Of a stretch of 54,249 bases of DNA, positions 27,159 to 36,067 are shown piece after piece (positions within the stretch are counted from its first letter, which is position 1; each line of letters begins with the position of its first letter). The translations under genes were made by a program, and so were the position numbers. Under the pieces are notes generated by a model. The model saw only the letters and a program-made list of their open reading frames with translations, was not told where the DNA came from and ran no database searches. The DNA comes from a virus (Duplodnaviria; Caudoviricetes), in IMG/VR virus record IMGVR_UViG_3300027741_000085, positions 1 to 54,249 of that record; one strand, 5' to 3'.

Positions 27159-27925
27159 GTGACGGCTATTCGAGTGTAGAAGCCTGGCGACAAGCGGAGC
27201 AAGCGCCTTTTTTCATGGCCCCGAATCAGCGCCAAAAAGGCTTTGGTTCGCGGGTGTTTTTGCAAGCACAGACGCCGCAGGATGAATACCCCTTGGATGG
27301 GTGGGGTAACCCAGGCATTCCGGGTAAAGATGGCGTGTCAAGCAGTGGTGTGGATGGACTACCCGGAAAAGACGGAGTAGACGGAGCAGACGGGACGCCT
27401 TCCACGGTAGCAGGTCCAATGGGTCCACCGGGTTTAGCAGGCGCAAACGGAGCCGATGGCAACCCTTCTACGGTAGCTGGCCCCCCTGGAGATGCTGGTT
27501 CTCCAGGAACTCCTGGGAATCCATCAACAGTGCCGGGACCGCCCGGACCGCCCGGACCACCGGGAGCTCCTGGAAGTGATGGCGGACCCCCAGGCCCCCC
27601 AGGTTCACCTGGAGGCCCAGGAAGTGACGGAAGTCCTGGCGGCGCTGGTAGCCCAGGAAGTCCTGGCGGCGCTGGTAGCCCGGGAAGTCCCGGAGCGCCC
27701 GGAATAGACGGCACGGATGGAAGAGACGGCACGGATGGAAGAGACGGTGTAGGTGTGCCTTCCGGTGGCCATACCGGCCAAGTTTTACGCAAACTTGATG
27801 AATCTCCTTACACATCCGTTTGGGATGAATTGGGTAAAACTATCAACGTGGCAGTGCTCGCCAACGATGGGGTTACAACCATTATTCTACATTTTACCAA
27901 CGGCCTTTTAACCTCAACCTCATAA
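27155..27925 (+). CDS. Collagen-like fibre protein
   Basis: Long interrupted Gly-X-Y repeats, including GPP runs. Confidence 0.9.
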   Translation: MSDGYSSVEAWRQAEQAPFFMAPNQRQKGFGSRVFLQAQTPQDEYPLDGWGNPGIPGKDGVSSSGVDGLPGKDGVDGADGTPSTVAGPMGPPGLAGANGADGNPSTVAGPPGDAGSPGTPGNPSTVPGPPGPPGPPGAPGSDGGPPGPPGSPGGPGSDGSPGGAGSPGSPGGAGSPGSPGAPGIDGTDGRDGTDGRDGVGVPSGGHTGQVLRKLDESPYTSVWDELGKTINVAVLANDGVTTIILHFTNGLLTSTS

Positions 27926-27942
27926 TAATTTAAACTACTCCC

Positions 27943-28512
27943 ATGACATCTTGGAAACATCTTCTTCCTGCCGCCCTGACACCTGCTGAGTGTCAGCAAC
28001 TCATTGCCTACGCTACGACACAGATTCCTGATACTGAAGGTGCGATTGGCTACGGGGGAAAAAACGTGATCGTGAATACGTTTCGTCGGTCGCGACTACG
28101 TTGGTTAAAGCGCGAAGATCCTGAATTGCAATGGTTGTTCACGCGTATGGATCAGTGGGTGATGAGCGCAAACGCTCGAGTCTTTGGCTTTGATGTCACG
28201 GGCAACTTTGAAGTGCAGTTTACCGAGTATCACGGCTCCAACGCGGGCAAGTATGACTGGCATGAAGATAATTCATGGTTGGGCACCACGCCGTTTGACC
28301 GTAAGCTGAGCATGAGCATTCAGCTTTCCCATGCACAGACCTACAGCGGTGGACGCATGGAACTGGCACAGGGGAACCTTGCAGAAGGTGAGTTCTGCAA
28401 CCAAGGCGACGCACTGATTTTTCCTTCCTTTCTGCGCCATCGCGTGCTGCCCGTAACCAGCGGCGTGCGTTATTCCCTCGTCTCATGGTGGCAAGGGCCA
28501 CGACTGCGTTGA
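27943..28512 (+). CDS. 2OG-Fe(II) oxygenase (prolyl-4-hydroxylase-like)
   Basis: WHED...RKLS...FPSF..HRV.PVTSG.RYSLV.W. Confidence 0.9.
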   Translation: MTSWKHLLPAALTPAECQQLIAYATTQIPDTEGAIGYGGKNVIVNTFRRSRLRWLKREDPELQWLFTRMDQWVMSANARVFGFDVTGNFEVQFTEYHGSNAGKYDWHEDNSWLGTTPFDRKLSMSIQLSHAQTYSGGRMELAQGNLAEGEFCNQGDALIFPSFLRHRVLPVTSGVRYSLVSWWQGPRLR

Positions 28513-28535
28513 TTGGTTAGATCCCTCTTCCTTTT

Positions 28536-28670
28536 ATGAAAACCCTCGATCATCTCGACTGGCAACAGATCATCAGCATAGAGCCTGACGGGGAAGACGA
28601 ATGCGTGTGTATCGAAGTCACTCACCCTAGCAAGTGCTACATCACGGATGACGGGATCGTGACACACAAC
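28536..28670 (+). other. Orphan intein C-terminal fragment (IntC, 45 aa)
   Basis: Blocks F and G ending in HN, followed by Thr+1, directly after the start Met. Confidence 0.8.
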
Positions 28671-31600
28671 ACGACGGTGAACACCCCATCTTTGCAAATG
28701 GGGGCTGCACAGGAGAATCCAAATGCTGCATTGCAGGATAAAGCTATTCGTGGTATAGATGAGGCACTCTATGGAGACTCCCGCAAAGAAAATCAGCAAC
28801 GGAGGCGTGGTCACACCGGAAACGATGCCCGATCTTTTAGCCGCGCCGCGCTCCAAGACGAACGCCGAAATAAGGGCGCAGGCGGAGCGCGCGAGGAGCT
28901 GGCGCGCGACACAGGCGCAACGCGAAGAGAAGAAGCCGCTCGTCTCGTAGATTACGCACGGGATAACGGCTTCCTCATTGAGAAGATGCCGGAGCAATGG
29001 AAGCCCTACGCCGAGGGTGATGTGGGCGGACAAGAGCACCATGTGTGGATTCCAGAACAAGGAGCGCGGGTTATCAAGCTTACAACGCTGAGCAAACGCG
29101 GTGCCGACATTTTTGGTATGAACCCTGTGCCCTATCAAGGGAAGTGGGACTTGGACACGAAGGGAGCGACCGCTTACCGCTATCTTCAGCGTCTCGAAGA
29201 CGGAAACCAGACTTTCGGGGATGATCACATTGTGCATGGTGTCTGGAATGATCGTGGAGATGTCCACCTTCTTACGAGTCAGCGGGCCTATGATGGGGAA
29301 CTGCCTAGCAATCTTCCCGAGGGACTCGCAGCAGCCGAAGAAGCGGCGGAGAGCGACCGACGCACGCAAGATGTTGCCGAGGCGTTTGCTAAACAAGGCT
29401 TTGTCGCTCTAGATAACCGCACCTATTACCGTCCTTCCGACAATACAGCCGTCTTTGATGCCCACTTAGCAAACGTCATGTGGGTTACTGGAAAAAGCGG
29501 AGTGCGTCGCCTAGTTCCCTTTGATGTCACGACCATGCATCCCGTGGGCAAGCTCAAGGAGAATTTAGCTCAAGCAGCGCAGGCTGTTGCCGAACCCCAA
29601 CGTCTCTACATGGCCGCCGCACAAGCTGCGGATGAACTCGCCCGTATCAATCGCGAAGCTGGCGCCGCCCGCGTGATCAAGGATGAACTTGAGGAAAAGG
29701 GCCAGCCGGCGAAGCAAATGACCGGAGTGAAGGAGTCGGCAGCCGCCGCTCTGCGTGGCATCTTTGCTGGGAAGTTTGATAAGATGGAAGCCGCCGCCCG
29801 TGGTCTTGGTGACTTGGTGCGCGGGAATGACATTGAACAGCACTTCTCGGAAGCCGCGCTCAATGACTACATGGATAAGGTGCGCCAGTCGGTAAAGGAA
29901 AGCTTCGGCTCGCCTTCCTACTGGCATAACCGACAGAACCGGAAACGTCTCCAGCGCTTCAGTGATACCTTGCTGCCTGTCGCGGCGCGCTTGAATGCCA
30001 CGGGGATTGATCCAACGGGCTTCACGTTCTCCGACTTCGACATGCGCGTGGGCACGATCTTTGAAAGTGACCTCAAGAAAATGAACGCTAAGCCGGGTGA
30101 CATGATCCCGTGGAAGGGCGCGAGTGGCATGATGGAAATGCTCAAGGTAGGGCCGCTCATCATGGACCAAGGCGTGAACGCCCGTAGTTCCAAGAATGGG
30201 CGTTATACCCTGCTCCGCCACATGGCTGCGGATACTCAACAGATCATCTATGACCACTTCAAACAAGAATTCCCTGAAGGCGCGGCGTGGTTAGATCAAT
30301 GGATTGATCCCCTGCTACGGGATGCCACGCAGACGGGGCCGGGTAATGTGCAAGTGCCTGTGTTCAATCGCCACGCGCTGCTCAAGAGTTTTAATGACTG
30401 GTCGCCAGAACTGAAAGCGCTCTTTGGTAGTGAACCCCTGCCAGGCATCACCGGAATGGAAGGCTACACCCCGGACGTGATGGCGCAGAAGGGGCTGATT
30501 AACAGCATCGGTGCTGCCTTGAACGGCAATAGTTACCTGAATCGATTCATGTCCAGCGCTCGCAAATTCAAAGCGGGTGACTTACGCGAAGAGGGCAACG
30601 TCAAGAACCTTTTCGACGGCTTTACGCAGCGGGCCATGGAATCGCATCGTGAGAAGATTCGCCTCAAGACACGGCGCGACATCATTCAGAAAGCCGCCCG
30701 GCCAGCGAACAAGGTTCAACCGGAAGACTTGCGCTCTGGCTTGTTCATTCCCCTCGATGACACGTTCAAGAAGCTTTATGAGGCGCATGTGATCGCCTCT
30801 GGCCTTGATCGTGCGAAGTTCCCCGTGCTCACGCAATCTCTCAATCCTGACCAGAAGAGCGCCTTGCAAAAGCTCTTTGCTGATATGTATCAGCTCTATG
30901 GGAACGGCATGGTGATTCATCGCGATATTCACCGCCAGCTTGTGCTGGGTGCCGCCATGACCCAGACAGAGAATAGCCTCACTAAAGCGCTGTCATGGAT
31001 CATTGGACGACGTAACCGTAACGTTTTAGTAGAGTTGGGCACGTATGCCAATAATTGGAGAGGTAACTTTGTGCTGCAACCCGTGGAACTTATGAACCGG
31101 GTGAACCTTGCGATTGTGAACGGATTGACGGCTCCGTTCAGTAGCAAGGCCAAGGATGAAGGTGAACTAGCCGCTCGCCAAGTAGCTGAGCTCTTCAAGG
31201 GCTTCTTTGCTGATCGCCGTATCTTCGACCTCTGGACACTGAATAACGGTTTAGGGGCGGGGATTGGGAAGATTCGTCCATTTGTGCCGCAAGAAGTCTT
31301 TGGCGACGGTAGCAATCTTAGATATGACGAGGATTTTCGAGACAAAAGCGTGCTCGGTCATTTGAAAAACCTCGACGTAGGCGCGGCGTTCCTGCAAGGC
31401 ATCCGCTACGGGAACATCGATACACATCCAAAGATGAGTAACACGTATCGGCTTCTCCGGGCAGAAGCGGCGCATGTGGCCGCCCGTCAGAAGATTCCCA
31501 ACGCCAAGCGTGAAGCCTTCATCAATGATTGGATGCTGAACGCTCATAAGGATAATCCCCTTGCCTTCCTGCGAGCGTTCAAGGCTAGTCAATCCCGGTT

Positions 31601-33047
31601 CATGGACTATGAGAACGTCCCTTCGTGGATGGACCCTACGCAGTCGGCTTTGCCCCTGAATGCTAGTGACAACGCTCGTCATTGGGAAAAACTGCTAAAA
31701 AGCGCCACGTTCCCGTTCATCCGCTGGAACTACAACATGATGCGTCAAGTCTATCATCAGAGCTTTGGCGCGCTCATCAATGCCACGCAAGGCGCGCAAG
31801 AGGGCGACTGGAGCAAGGTGCGTTCTGAAGTGGCAAACCTCATGACGACGGCGGCTCTAACGGGTGTGGCTTCCTATCTTATTGGTGGTGGCGGTGGGGA
31901 TGATGACAAGGAGCTTTCTCTAGGCACAAATCAAGATGCTGAAGGTAAGTATCTGCCTAAACAACTGCGCAGTGGTAGCCGATTGAATTGGGCCTCTATT
32001 ATGCGTAGGCTTACGGGTAAGCCAGCTACAGATGACTATAGCGTTGAAGGTTTAGATCATAGTGCGAATGATTTATGGTATCGCTACAAACAAGACCCAT
32101 GGTTGCCTCAAGCCATCATCCTCGGTTTGCTTGCTCGAGGCCGTGCCGATGAAGCTTACAAAGCGGCTGGCGATCTGGGCACCGATTACTTTTTAAGTTT
32201 TGGTGTGATTGGGAATACTATTCCAGGTCTGCGCGCTGTTCTAAATCCTTATACGGCGGATCAGAACTATAGTTATGCAGCAACAGGCACCGCTATTGAT
32301 TTGGCCATCTCGCCGCTTGTGCCAACTCGGTTGATTCAACACATCAGTAAGATTATCGACCCTGTGACCCGACAGGAAGCACCGCGTGTGTTGCCTCGCA
32401 GTGAGGGCAAGACCAAGAAAGGCTGGGAGGATTATCAGCCTGGACCACTCGAAGCATTGAAGATGCGTATTCCAGGCATGAGCAAAGACTTGCCTGCTGC
32501 TGGCACTCTTACACAGGGGGAAGCGGGGAACTTTGATCCTGAAGCATGGTTACGCAATAAGACCAGCACGCTACGCACCCAGCTTAATAAAGGACTGATC
32601 ACGAAAGAGCAGTTCCGCCAAGCCGCCGGCGATGCCGTCAACCAAGCCAAGGAACTTGCCGCCAACAAGCTGAGCCCTCCCCAAGTAGAGAAGCTCTATG
32701 CCGACATGGGCATTAATCAGACTCCCGATGATAAAAAGCGGGTGAGCGGCGTTCCCATGATTCCTGAACTGCGCACGCTTCAGGATCTCGGCGTAGGCAA
32801 GGAGAGCGTGAGAACCTACGTCAGCAAAGATAGCAAAGGCCGTGATGTAACCAAAATTACCGCGCCAAGCCCTGATACAATAACTGTCGCCGATCCGCGC
32901 TTAGAAATCCTTAAAGCACTTACAGGAATTAACGTATCTTTGATCCCCACAGGGCGCGTGAAAGCTGCCGTTCAAAAAGGCGATTTCTACAAGACCCCGT
33001 GGAAACCTAAGCAGGCGTTGACGGGTAAGGATTGGTTCAAGAAGTAA
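28536..33047 (+). CDS. Giant polyvalent virion protein: N-terminal intein C-fragment, PolyVal-type kinase and large C-terminal region
   Basis: CVCIEV...YITDDGIVTHN/T at residues 1-46; GGQEH.VW...RVIK...DAHLANV...PFD kinase-like motifs; C-terminal region paralogous to the 4450-aa protein. Confidence 0.8.
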   Translation: MKTLDHLDWQQIISIEPDGEDECVCIEVTHPSKCYITDDGIVTHNTTVNTPSLQMGAAQENPNAALQDKAIRGIDEALYGDSRKENQQRRRGHTGNDARSFSRAALQDERRNKGAGGAREELARDTGATRREEAARLVDYARDNGFLIEKMPEQWKPYAEGDVGGQEHHVWIPEQGARVIKLTTLSKRGADIFGMNPVPYQGKWDLDTKGATAYRYLQRLEDGNQTFGDDHIVHGVWNDRGDVHLLTSQRAYDGELPSNLPEGLAAAEEAAESDRRTQDVAEAFAKQGFVALDNRTYYRPSDNTAVFDAHLANVMWVTGKSGVRRLVPFDVTTMHPVGKLKENLAQAAQAVAEPQRLYMAAAQAADELARINREAGAARVIKDELEEKGQPAKQMTGVKESAAAALRGIFAGKFDKMEAAARGLGDLVRGNDIEQHFSEAALNDYMDKVRQSVKESFGSPSYWHNRQNRKRLQRFSDTLLPVAARLNATGIDPTGFTFSDFDMRVGTIFESDLKKMNAKPGDMIPWKGASGMMEMLKVGPLIMDQGVNARSSKNGRYTLLRHMAADTQQIIYDHFKQEFPEGAAWLDQWIDPLLRDATQTGPGNVQVPVFNRHALLKSFNDWSPELKALFGSEPLPGITGMEGYTPDVMAQKGLINSIGAALNGNSYLNRFMSSARKFKAGDLREEGNVKNLFDGFTQRAMESHREKIRLKTRRDIIQKAARPANKVQPEDLRSGLFIPLDDTFKKLYEAHVIASGLDRAKFPVLTQSLNPDQKSALQKLFADMYQLYGNGMVIHRDIHRQLVLGAAMTQTENSLTKALSWIIGRRNRNVLVELGTYANNWRGNFVLQPVELMNRVNLAIVNGLTAPFSSKAKDEGELAARQVAELFKGFFADRRIFDLWTLNNGLGAGIGKIRPFVPQEVFGDGSNLRYDEDFRDKSVLGHLKNLDVGAAFLQGIRYGNIDTHPKMSNTYRLLRAEAAHVAARQKIPNAKREAFINDWMLNAHKDNPLAFLRAFKASQSRFMDYENVPSWMDPTQSALPLNASDNARHWEKLLKSATFPFIRWNYNMMRQVYHQSFGALINATQGAQEGDWSKVRSEVANLMTTAALTGVASYLIGGGGGDDDKELSLGTNQDAEGKYLPKQLRSGSRLNWASIMRRLTGKPATDDYSVEGLDHSANDLWYRYKQDPWLPQAIILGLLARGRADEAYKAAGDLGTDYFLSFGVIGNTIPGLRAVLNPYTADQNYSYAATGTAIDLAISPLVPTRLIQHISKIIDPVTRQEAPRVLPRSEGKTKKGWEDYQPGPLEALKMRIPGMSKDLPAAGTLTQGEAGNFDPEAWLRNKTSTLRTQLNKGLITKEQFRQAAGDAVNQAKELAANKLSPPQVEKLYADMGINQTPDDKKRVSGVPMIPELRTLQDLGVGKESVRTYVSKDSKGRDVTKITAPSPDTITVADPRLEILKALTGINVSLIPTGRVKAAVQKGDFYKTPWKPKQALTGKDWFKK

Positions 33048-33076
33048 ATAAAAGCTACGCCGTGCGGTGGCGTGCT

Positions 33077-33268
33077 GTTAGCAAATCTGTTAGCAGATCT
33101 CTCATTTTGCGCCTGCCTACCCTTTAAAAAGGGTGGCGGAATCGACGGGACTCGAACCCGCAACCTCACTCCTAAGTAAAATAGGTAGCGGTAAAGCCTT
33201 TATTTACTAGGGTTAGCTGACGTGACGTGATGGAAAACTCTTGACGTTCGTTAGCAAATCTGTTAGCA
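33077..33268 (-). other. attP: 3' half of tRNA-Asp (33134-33167) flanked by integrase arm-type repeats
   Basis: Minus strand GAGGTTGCGGGTTCGAGTCCCGTCGATTCCGCCA; 19-bp direct repeat GTTAGCAAATCTGTTAGCA at 33077 and 33250. Confidence 0.8.
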
Positions 33269-33349
33269 TGGCTTGCCCTCAATTCTCCCCAAAGAATCAC
33301 GTTTCAAATCAGGAACGATGCTTATGTTTGATCTAAAAATCTAACGCTT

Positions 33350-33793
33350 ATGACGGAACTTCCTACACCGCCTAAAATTAATCAGAACCCTGAAACTCTG
33401 AATTTTGAAACTGCTGCCGTTGAAGAGTGGGCGCTCCGAAATGATTCTTTGTGGCAGAATAGTCAACGCTATTGCGAACTGATGGGGATACCTGAGCAGG
33501 GATACTATCGTCTTATCGCAGCCCGCCAACTCGTGGAACTCTACCGACTTAAAAACGAGATCATTAAAATGATGGATAGAGCACCAACCATTTCTTTGAA
33601 CTTCCCCGGCTTAGAAGAGCCTATGCAAAAGATCGCTCTGGATTTGGTAGCGACACTTAACGCATACGAGGGTGGTGGATCAAGTATTGCTAATCAGGGG
33701 CAAGCCTTGGATGGGTTTAGTGCATTGGCTGGGTTTGTGAATACGGCCAAACGAGCACGCACGGCGTTAAGTGAGAAAAAAGACGGCAACTAA
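33350..33793 (+). CDS. Hypothetical protein
   Basis: ORF track. Confidence 0.65.
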   Translation: MTELPTPPKINQNPETLNFETAAVEEWALRNDSLWQNSQRYCELMGIPEQGYYRLIAARQLVELYRLKNEIIKMMDRAPTISLNFPGLEEPMQKIALDLVATLNAYEGGGSSIANQGQALDGFSALAGFVNTAKRARTALSEKKDGN

Positions 33794-33812
33794 AGCGAGT
33801 AAGAAAATATCT

Positions 33813-34238
33813 ATGAATGCCAAAAAAGAACTGATCACACTTGGAAATTATTTTATTGCAACTCGGCAAGTGGGGCATACCACGGCAATGATGGAGGGGG
33901 CGAAGAATACGTCTTGTCTCATTCTTACAAGTAATCAAATGGGCGTTGATCGGTTGAAAACCTTCAAGCCTAAAGGTGATGTCATTTCTATTCAAAATGT
34001 AGAACAAGATTTGCGAGGGAGAAATCAGCCTTTGCTGTTGGATAATGAGGCAGTGGTTACCGTTATTAGTCATGCGCTTGAAGAAATTAGAAGACTTGAA
34101 GCTTTGAGATCTCACTATAAAAAAGCGCTGCAAAAGATTGCTGATTTAGGAGGCGGATACTTGGGGTCTGAAGATCGAGAGTATGACGGGAATGTGTGTG
34201 CGATGACTGCGCGGGAAGCTCTAATAGAAGTTAAGTAA
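33813..34238 (+). CDS. Hypothetical protein, degenerate P-loop-like (RQVGHTT)
   Basis: TRQVGHTT and LRG...PLLLDN. Confidence 0.55.
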   Translation: MNAKKELITLGNYFIATRQVGHTTAMMEGAKNTSCLILTSNQMGVDRLKTFKPKGDVISIQNVEQDLRGRNQPLLLDNEAVVTVISHALEEIRRLEALRSHYKKALQKIADLGGGYLGSEDREYDGNVCAMTAREALIEVK

Positions 34239-34241
34239 GCG

Positions 34242-34559
34242 ATGCCTGTTGATTACTCCAAATATCCCAAAGACTGGAAAACAGTGATTCGTCCGCGAAT
34301 CCTTGAACGGGCGCAGCACCGATGCGAGGGGACGCCATCATTCCCAAACTGCCAAGCAGTGAATAAAGCCTGTCATCCTGAGACATGCTCAATGGTCGTG
34401 CTGACTATCGCCCATTTAGATCATGATGTGACTAATAACGCCGACTCTAACCTCAAAGCTTTATGTCAACGCTGCCACCTGACTTACGACGCCGCGCATC
34501 ACGCCCACAATGCACGGAAAACGCGAGAAACGCGAAGAGGTCAGATGGTGCTGCTATGA
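34242..34559 (+). CDS. HNH-like protein
   Basis: YP.DW..IR..IL.RA..RCE...VLTIAHLDHD..N....NL.ALCQRCHL.YD. Confidence 0.8.
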   Translation: MPVDYSKYPKDWKTVIRPRILERAQHRCEGTPSFPNCQAVNKACHPETCSMVVLTIAHLDHDVTNNADSNLKALCQRCHLTYDAAHHAHNARKTRETRRGQMVLL

Positions 34560-34945
34560 TTAGGAACGTTCGCATCAGCGATGGCGGAAGTCCCTGCTCT
34601 GTTGACCAGCAGCAGGCTTGTTCGGCTTGTGTGCTGATTCACGATCTGCATTTGCGACTGAGCGCCTTGGAGGCGGCCCATCACCGTCTTGTGTGGAAGG
34701 TGGCAGAAGCGACCAAATGGGAACCGCAAGGCTGCGATGACCAGCCAGTGGGAATAGCTGAATCGTTCTGCCAAAACTGTCGGACGTGCCACTATCCGCT
34801 GTCCGGCTGCCCTGGTGATGGCGGCCCTACGGGACCAGAACCAAATGGAGCAGATGGGCCTGTCGGAATGCCTGGCCCGCGTGGACCAAATGCAGACGGA
34901 GCGCCTAGAGAAACGGAAGAAGAGCACAGGCAACGCCTGAGCTGA
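34556..34945 (+). CDS. Cassette-like gene with Cys motifs and a short Gly-X-Y segment
   Basis: ATGA coupling; spans degenerate attC C1; stops inside attC C2. Confidence 0.55.
   Translation: MIRNVRISDGGSPCSVDQQQACSACVLIHDLHLRLSALEAAHHRLVWKVAEATKWEPQGCDDQPVGIAESFCQNCRTCHYPLSGCPGDGGPTGPEPNGADGPVGMPGPRGPNADGAPRETEEEHRQRLS
34561..34626 (+). mobile_element. Degenerate or chimeric attC-like site C1
   Basis: GAAC-gttcgc-atcagc left arm; short hairpin cctgctctg/cagCagcagg followed by GTTCGGC; the outer arms do not match. Confidence 0.45.
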
Positions 34946-34992
34946 GGCACACAGCCTTGCGGGCTGTGTTGGCCTCCGGCGCTGTGTTCCCC
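34928..34992 (+). mobile_element. attC-like site C2
   Basis: AAC-gcctga-gctgaggcacacagcc...ggctgtgttggcctcCggc-gctgt-GTTCCCC. Confidence 0.85.
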
Positions 34993-35033
34993 TGCGTTCC
35001 GACTGACCTACAAAAGATTTCTAAAAATATCGC

Positions 35034-35063
35034 TTGCGCATCTACGGCAATGCCGTATTATAT
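35034..35063 (+). promoter_or_regulatory. Cassette-internal promoter with a palindromic operator
   Basis: TTGCGC...TATTAT, with TACGGCAATGCCGTA (35043-35057) in the spacer. Confidence 0.6.
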
Positions 35064-35097
35064 AAGGCAGTCAGAAACCAACAAACTAAGCGAAAAT

Positions 35098-35304
35098 ATG
35101 AACACAGTCACACTCCACGTATTCACCAACGAAGCAGACATCGAAGCCGACTCTGATAAAGACACCGCTTTTACGCGGTGGAACGAAAACTTCAGCGATC
35201 CTTACACGCGCTATTTCACGATAGCCATTGAGGTTCCTGCTGTGGTGTCGCAAGCAAAAATTGTGCTACCAGTTGAGCCTACTCCAAGCGTCACCTTCGC
35301 ATGA
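35098..35304 (+). CDS. Cassette gene, small acidic protein
   Basis: ATG after the promoter; coupled to the HTH gene. Confidence 0.65.
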   Translation: MNTVTLHVFTNEADIEADSDKDTAFTRWNENFSDPYTRYFTIAIEVPAVVSQAKIVLPVEPTPSVTFA

Positions 35305-35534
35305 TTTTTGCTCAACAACTCCGAGCCGCCGCTGGCGACCTGACCGCACGGCAGGTCGCCTTTGCGGTGTCTCCGCTCCTGAGCGTCCGCACGGTAGAGG
35401 ACTGGCTCGCGGCCAGACGGACGCCACCGGACTGGACGCACGCATGGATTCTGAAAAACGTCGGAAGTCCAAAGAATCCCCGCAAGCGGGGGAACGTCGG
35501 CGGTGAGGCGACGGCGAGCGAGGCGCACCGCTGA
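35301..35534 (+). CDS. Cassette gene, XRE-like HTH protein
   Basis: LT.RQ.A....LLSVRTVEDW...RRTPP. Confidence 0.75.
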   Translation: MIFAQQLRAAAGDLTARQVAFAVSPLLSVRTVEDWLAARRTPPDWTHAWILKNVGSPKNPRKRGNVGGEATASEAHR

Positions 35535-35581
35535 CACGACAAAATTTTTACGAGCCGTTGCCTCCACTGCTCTTGTTAGAC
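35489..35581 (+). mobile_element. attC-like site C3 (same as B3)
   Basis: Identical to 10046-10134 from the AAC onward. Confidence 0.85.
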
Positions 35582-35597
35582 CCAACGAACCACAAAT

Positions 35598-35792
35598 ATG
35601 CACTCCTGCCCTGAATGCGGACAAGCCTGTTATTGCAATGGCGACATCGACGACATTGACGCAAACGCGATGGATGGACCACCGTTCTGCGAACACCCAT
35701 GTATTGAGCCAGAGGAAGATGATCGCTGTCCTGATGACCCACCAGAAGTGAAGTCTAACGGTCAGGGTCAGGCAACCTCCGAAGCGAAATGA
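35598..35792 (+). CDS. Cassette gene, small acidic Cys-rich protein (copy 2)
   Basis: Duplicate of 10151-10321 with a different C-terminal tail. Confidence 0.7.
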   Translation: MHSCPECGQACYCNGDIDDIDANAMDGPPFCEHPCIEPEEDDRCPDDPPEVKSNGQGQATSEAK

Positions 35793-35855
35793 AGACGAAG
35801 CTACCAGACAAGGCGCACCAAAGCGACGGGGGTTGCCTGCAACCTGTGGTTATGC
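35753..35855 (+). mobile_element. attC-like site C4
   Basis: GTCTAAC-ggtca-gggtcaggcaacc...ggttgcctgCaacc-tgtg-GTTATGC. Confidence 0.85.
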
Positions 35856-36067
35856 GACGGCTCTTCCTAGAGAAGGTGGCCGCAAAGGAAGCTGCTGCTG
35901 CTGCTGCCCGCACCGCCGCCATCCGCCGCAAGCAACTCGGCCCCATGCAGACAGAGGAGGGGATGCGCCATGACATCCAAGGCATCTTTGCTGATGGCGT
36001 CCACGCCCGAGGCGTCGGCTCTGCGGCAACCAAAATTCGCATCAAGGAACATGGGCAAGACGCATAA
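35789..36067 (+). CDS. Cassette gene, hypothetical protein
   Basis: Start lies in the C4 loop; the TAA overlaps the terminal AAC. Confidence 0.65.
   Translation: MKTKLPDKAHQSDGGCLQPVVMRRLFLEKVAAKEAAAAAARTAAIRRKQLGPMQTEEGMRHDIQGIFADGVHARGVGSAATKIRIKEHGQDA

Noticed and set aside
27226-27792. Minus-strand Pro/Gly-rich ORF
   Set aside because: Antisense shadow of the collagen repeats.
33134-33167. Full tRNA-Asp gene
   Set aside because: Only the variable loop, T arm and 3' acceptor strand are present; there is no D arm or anticodon arm.
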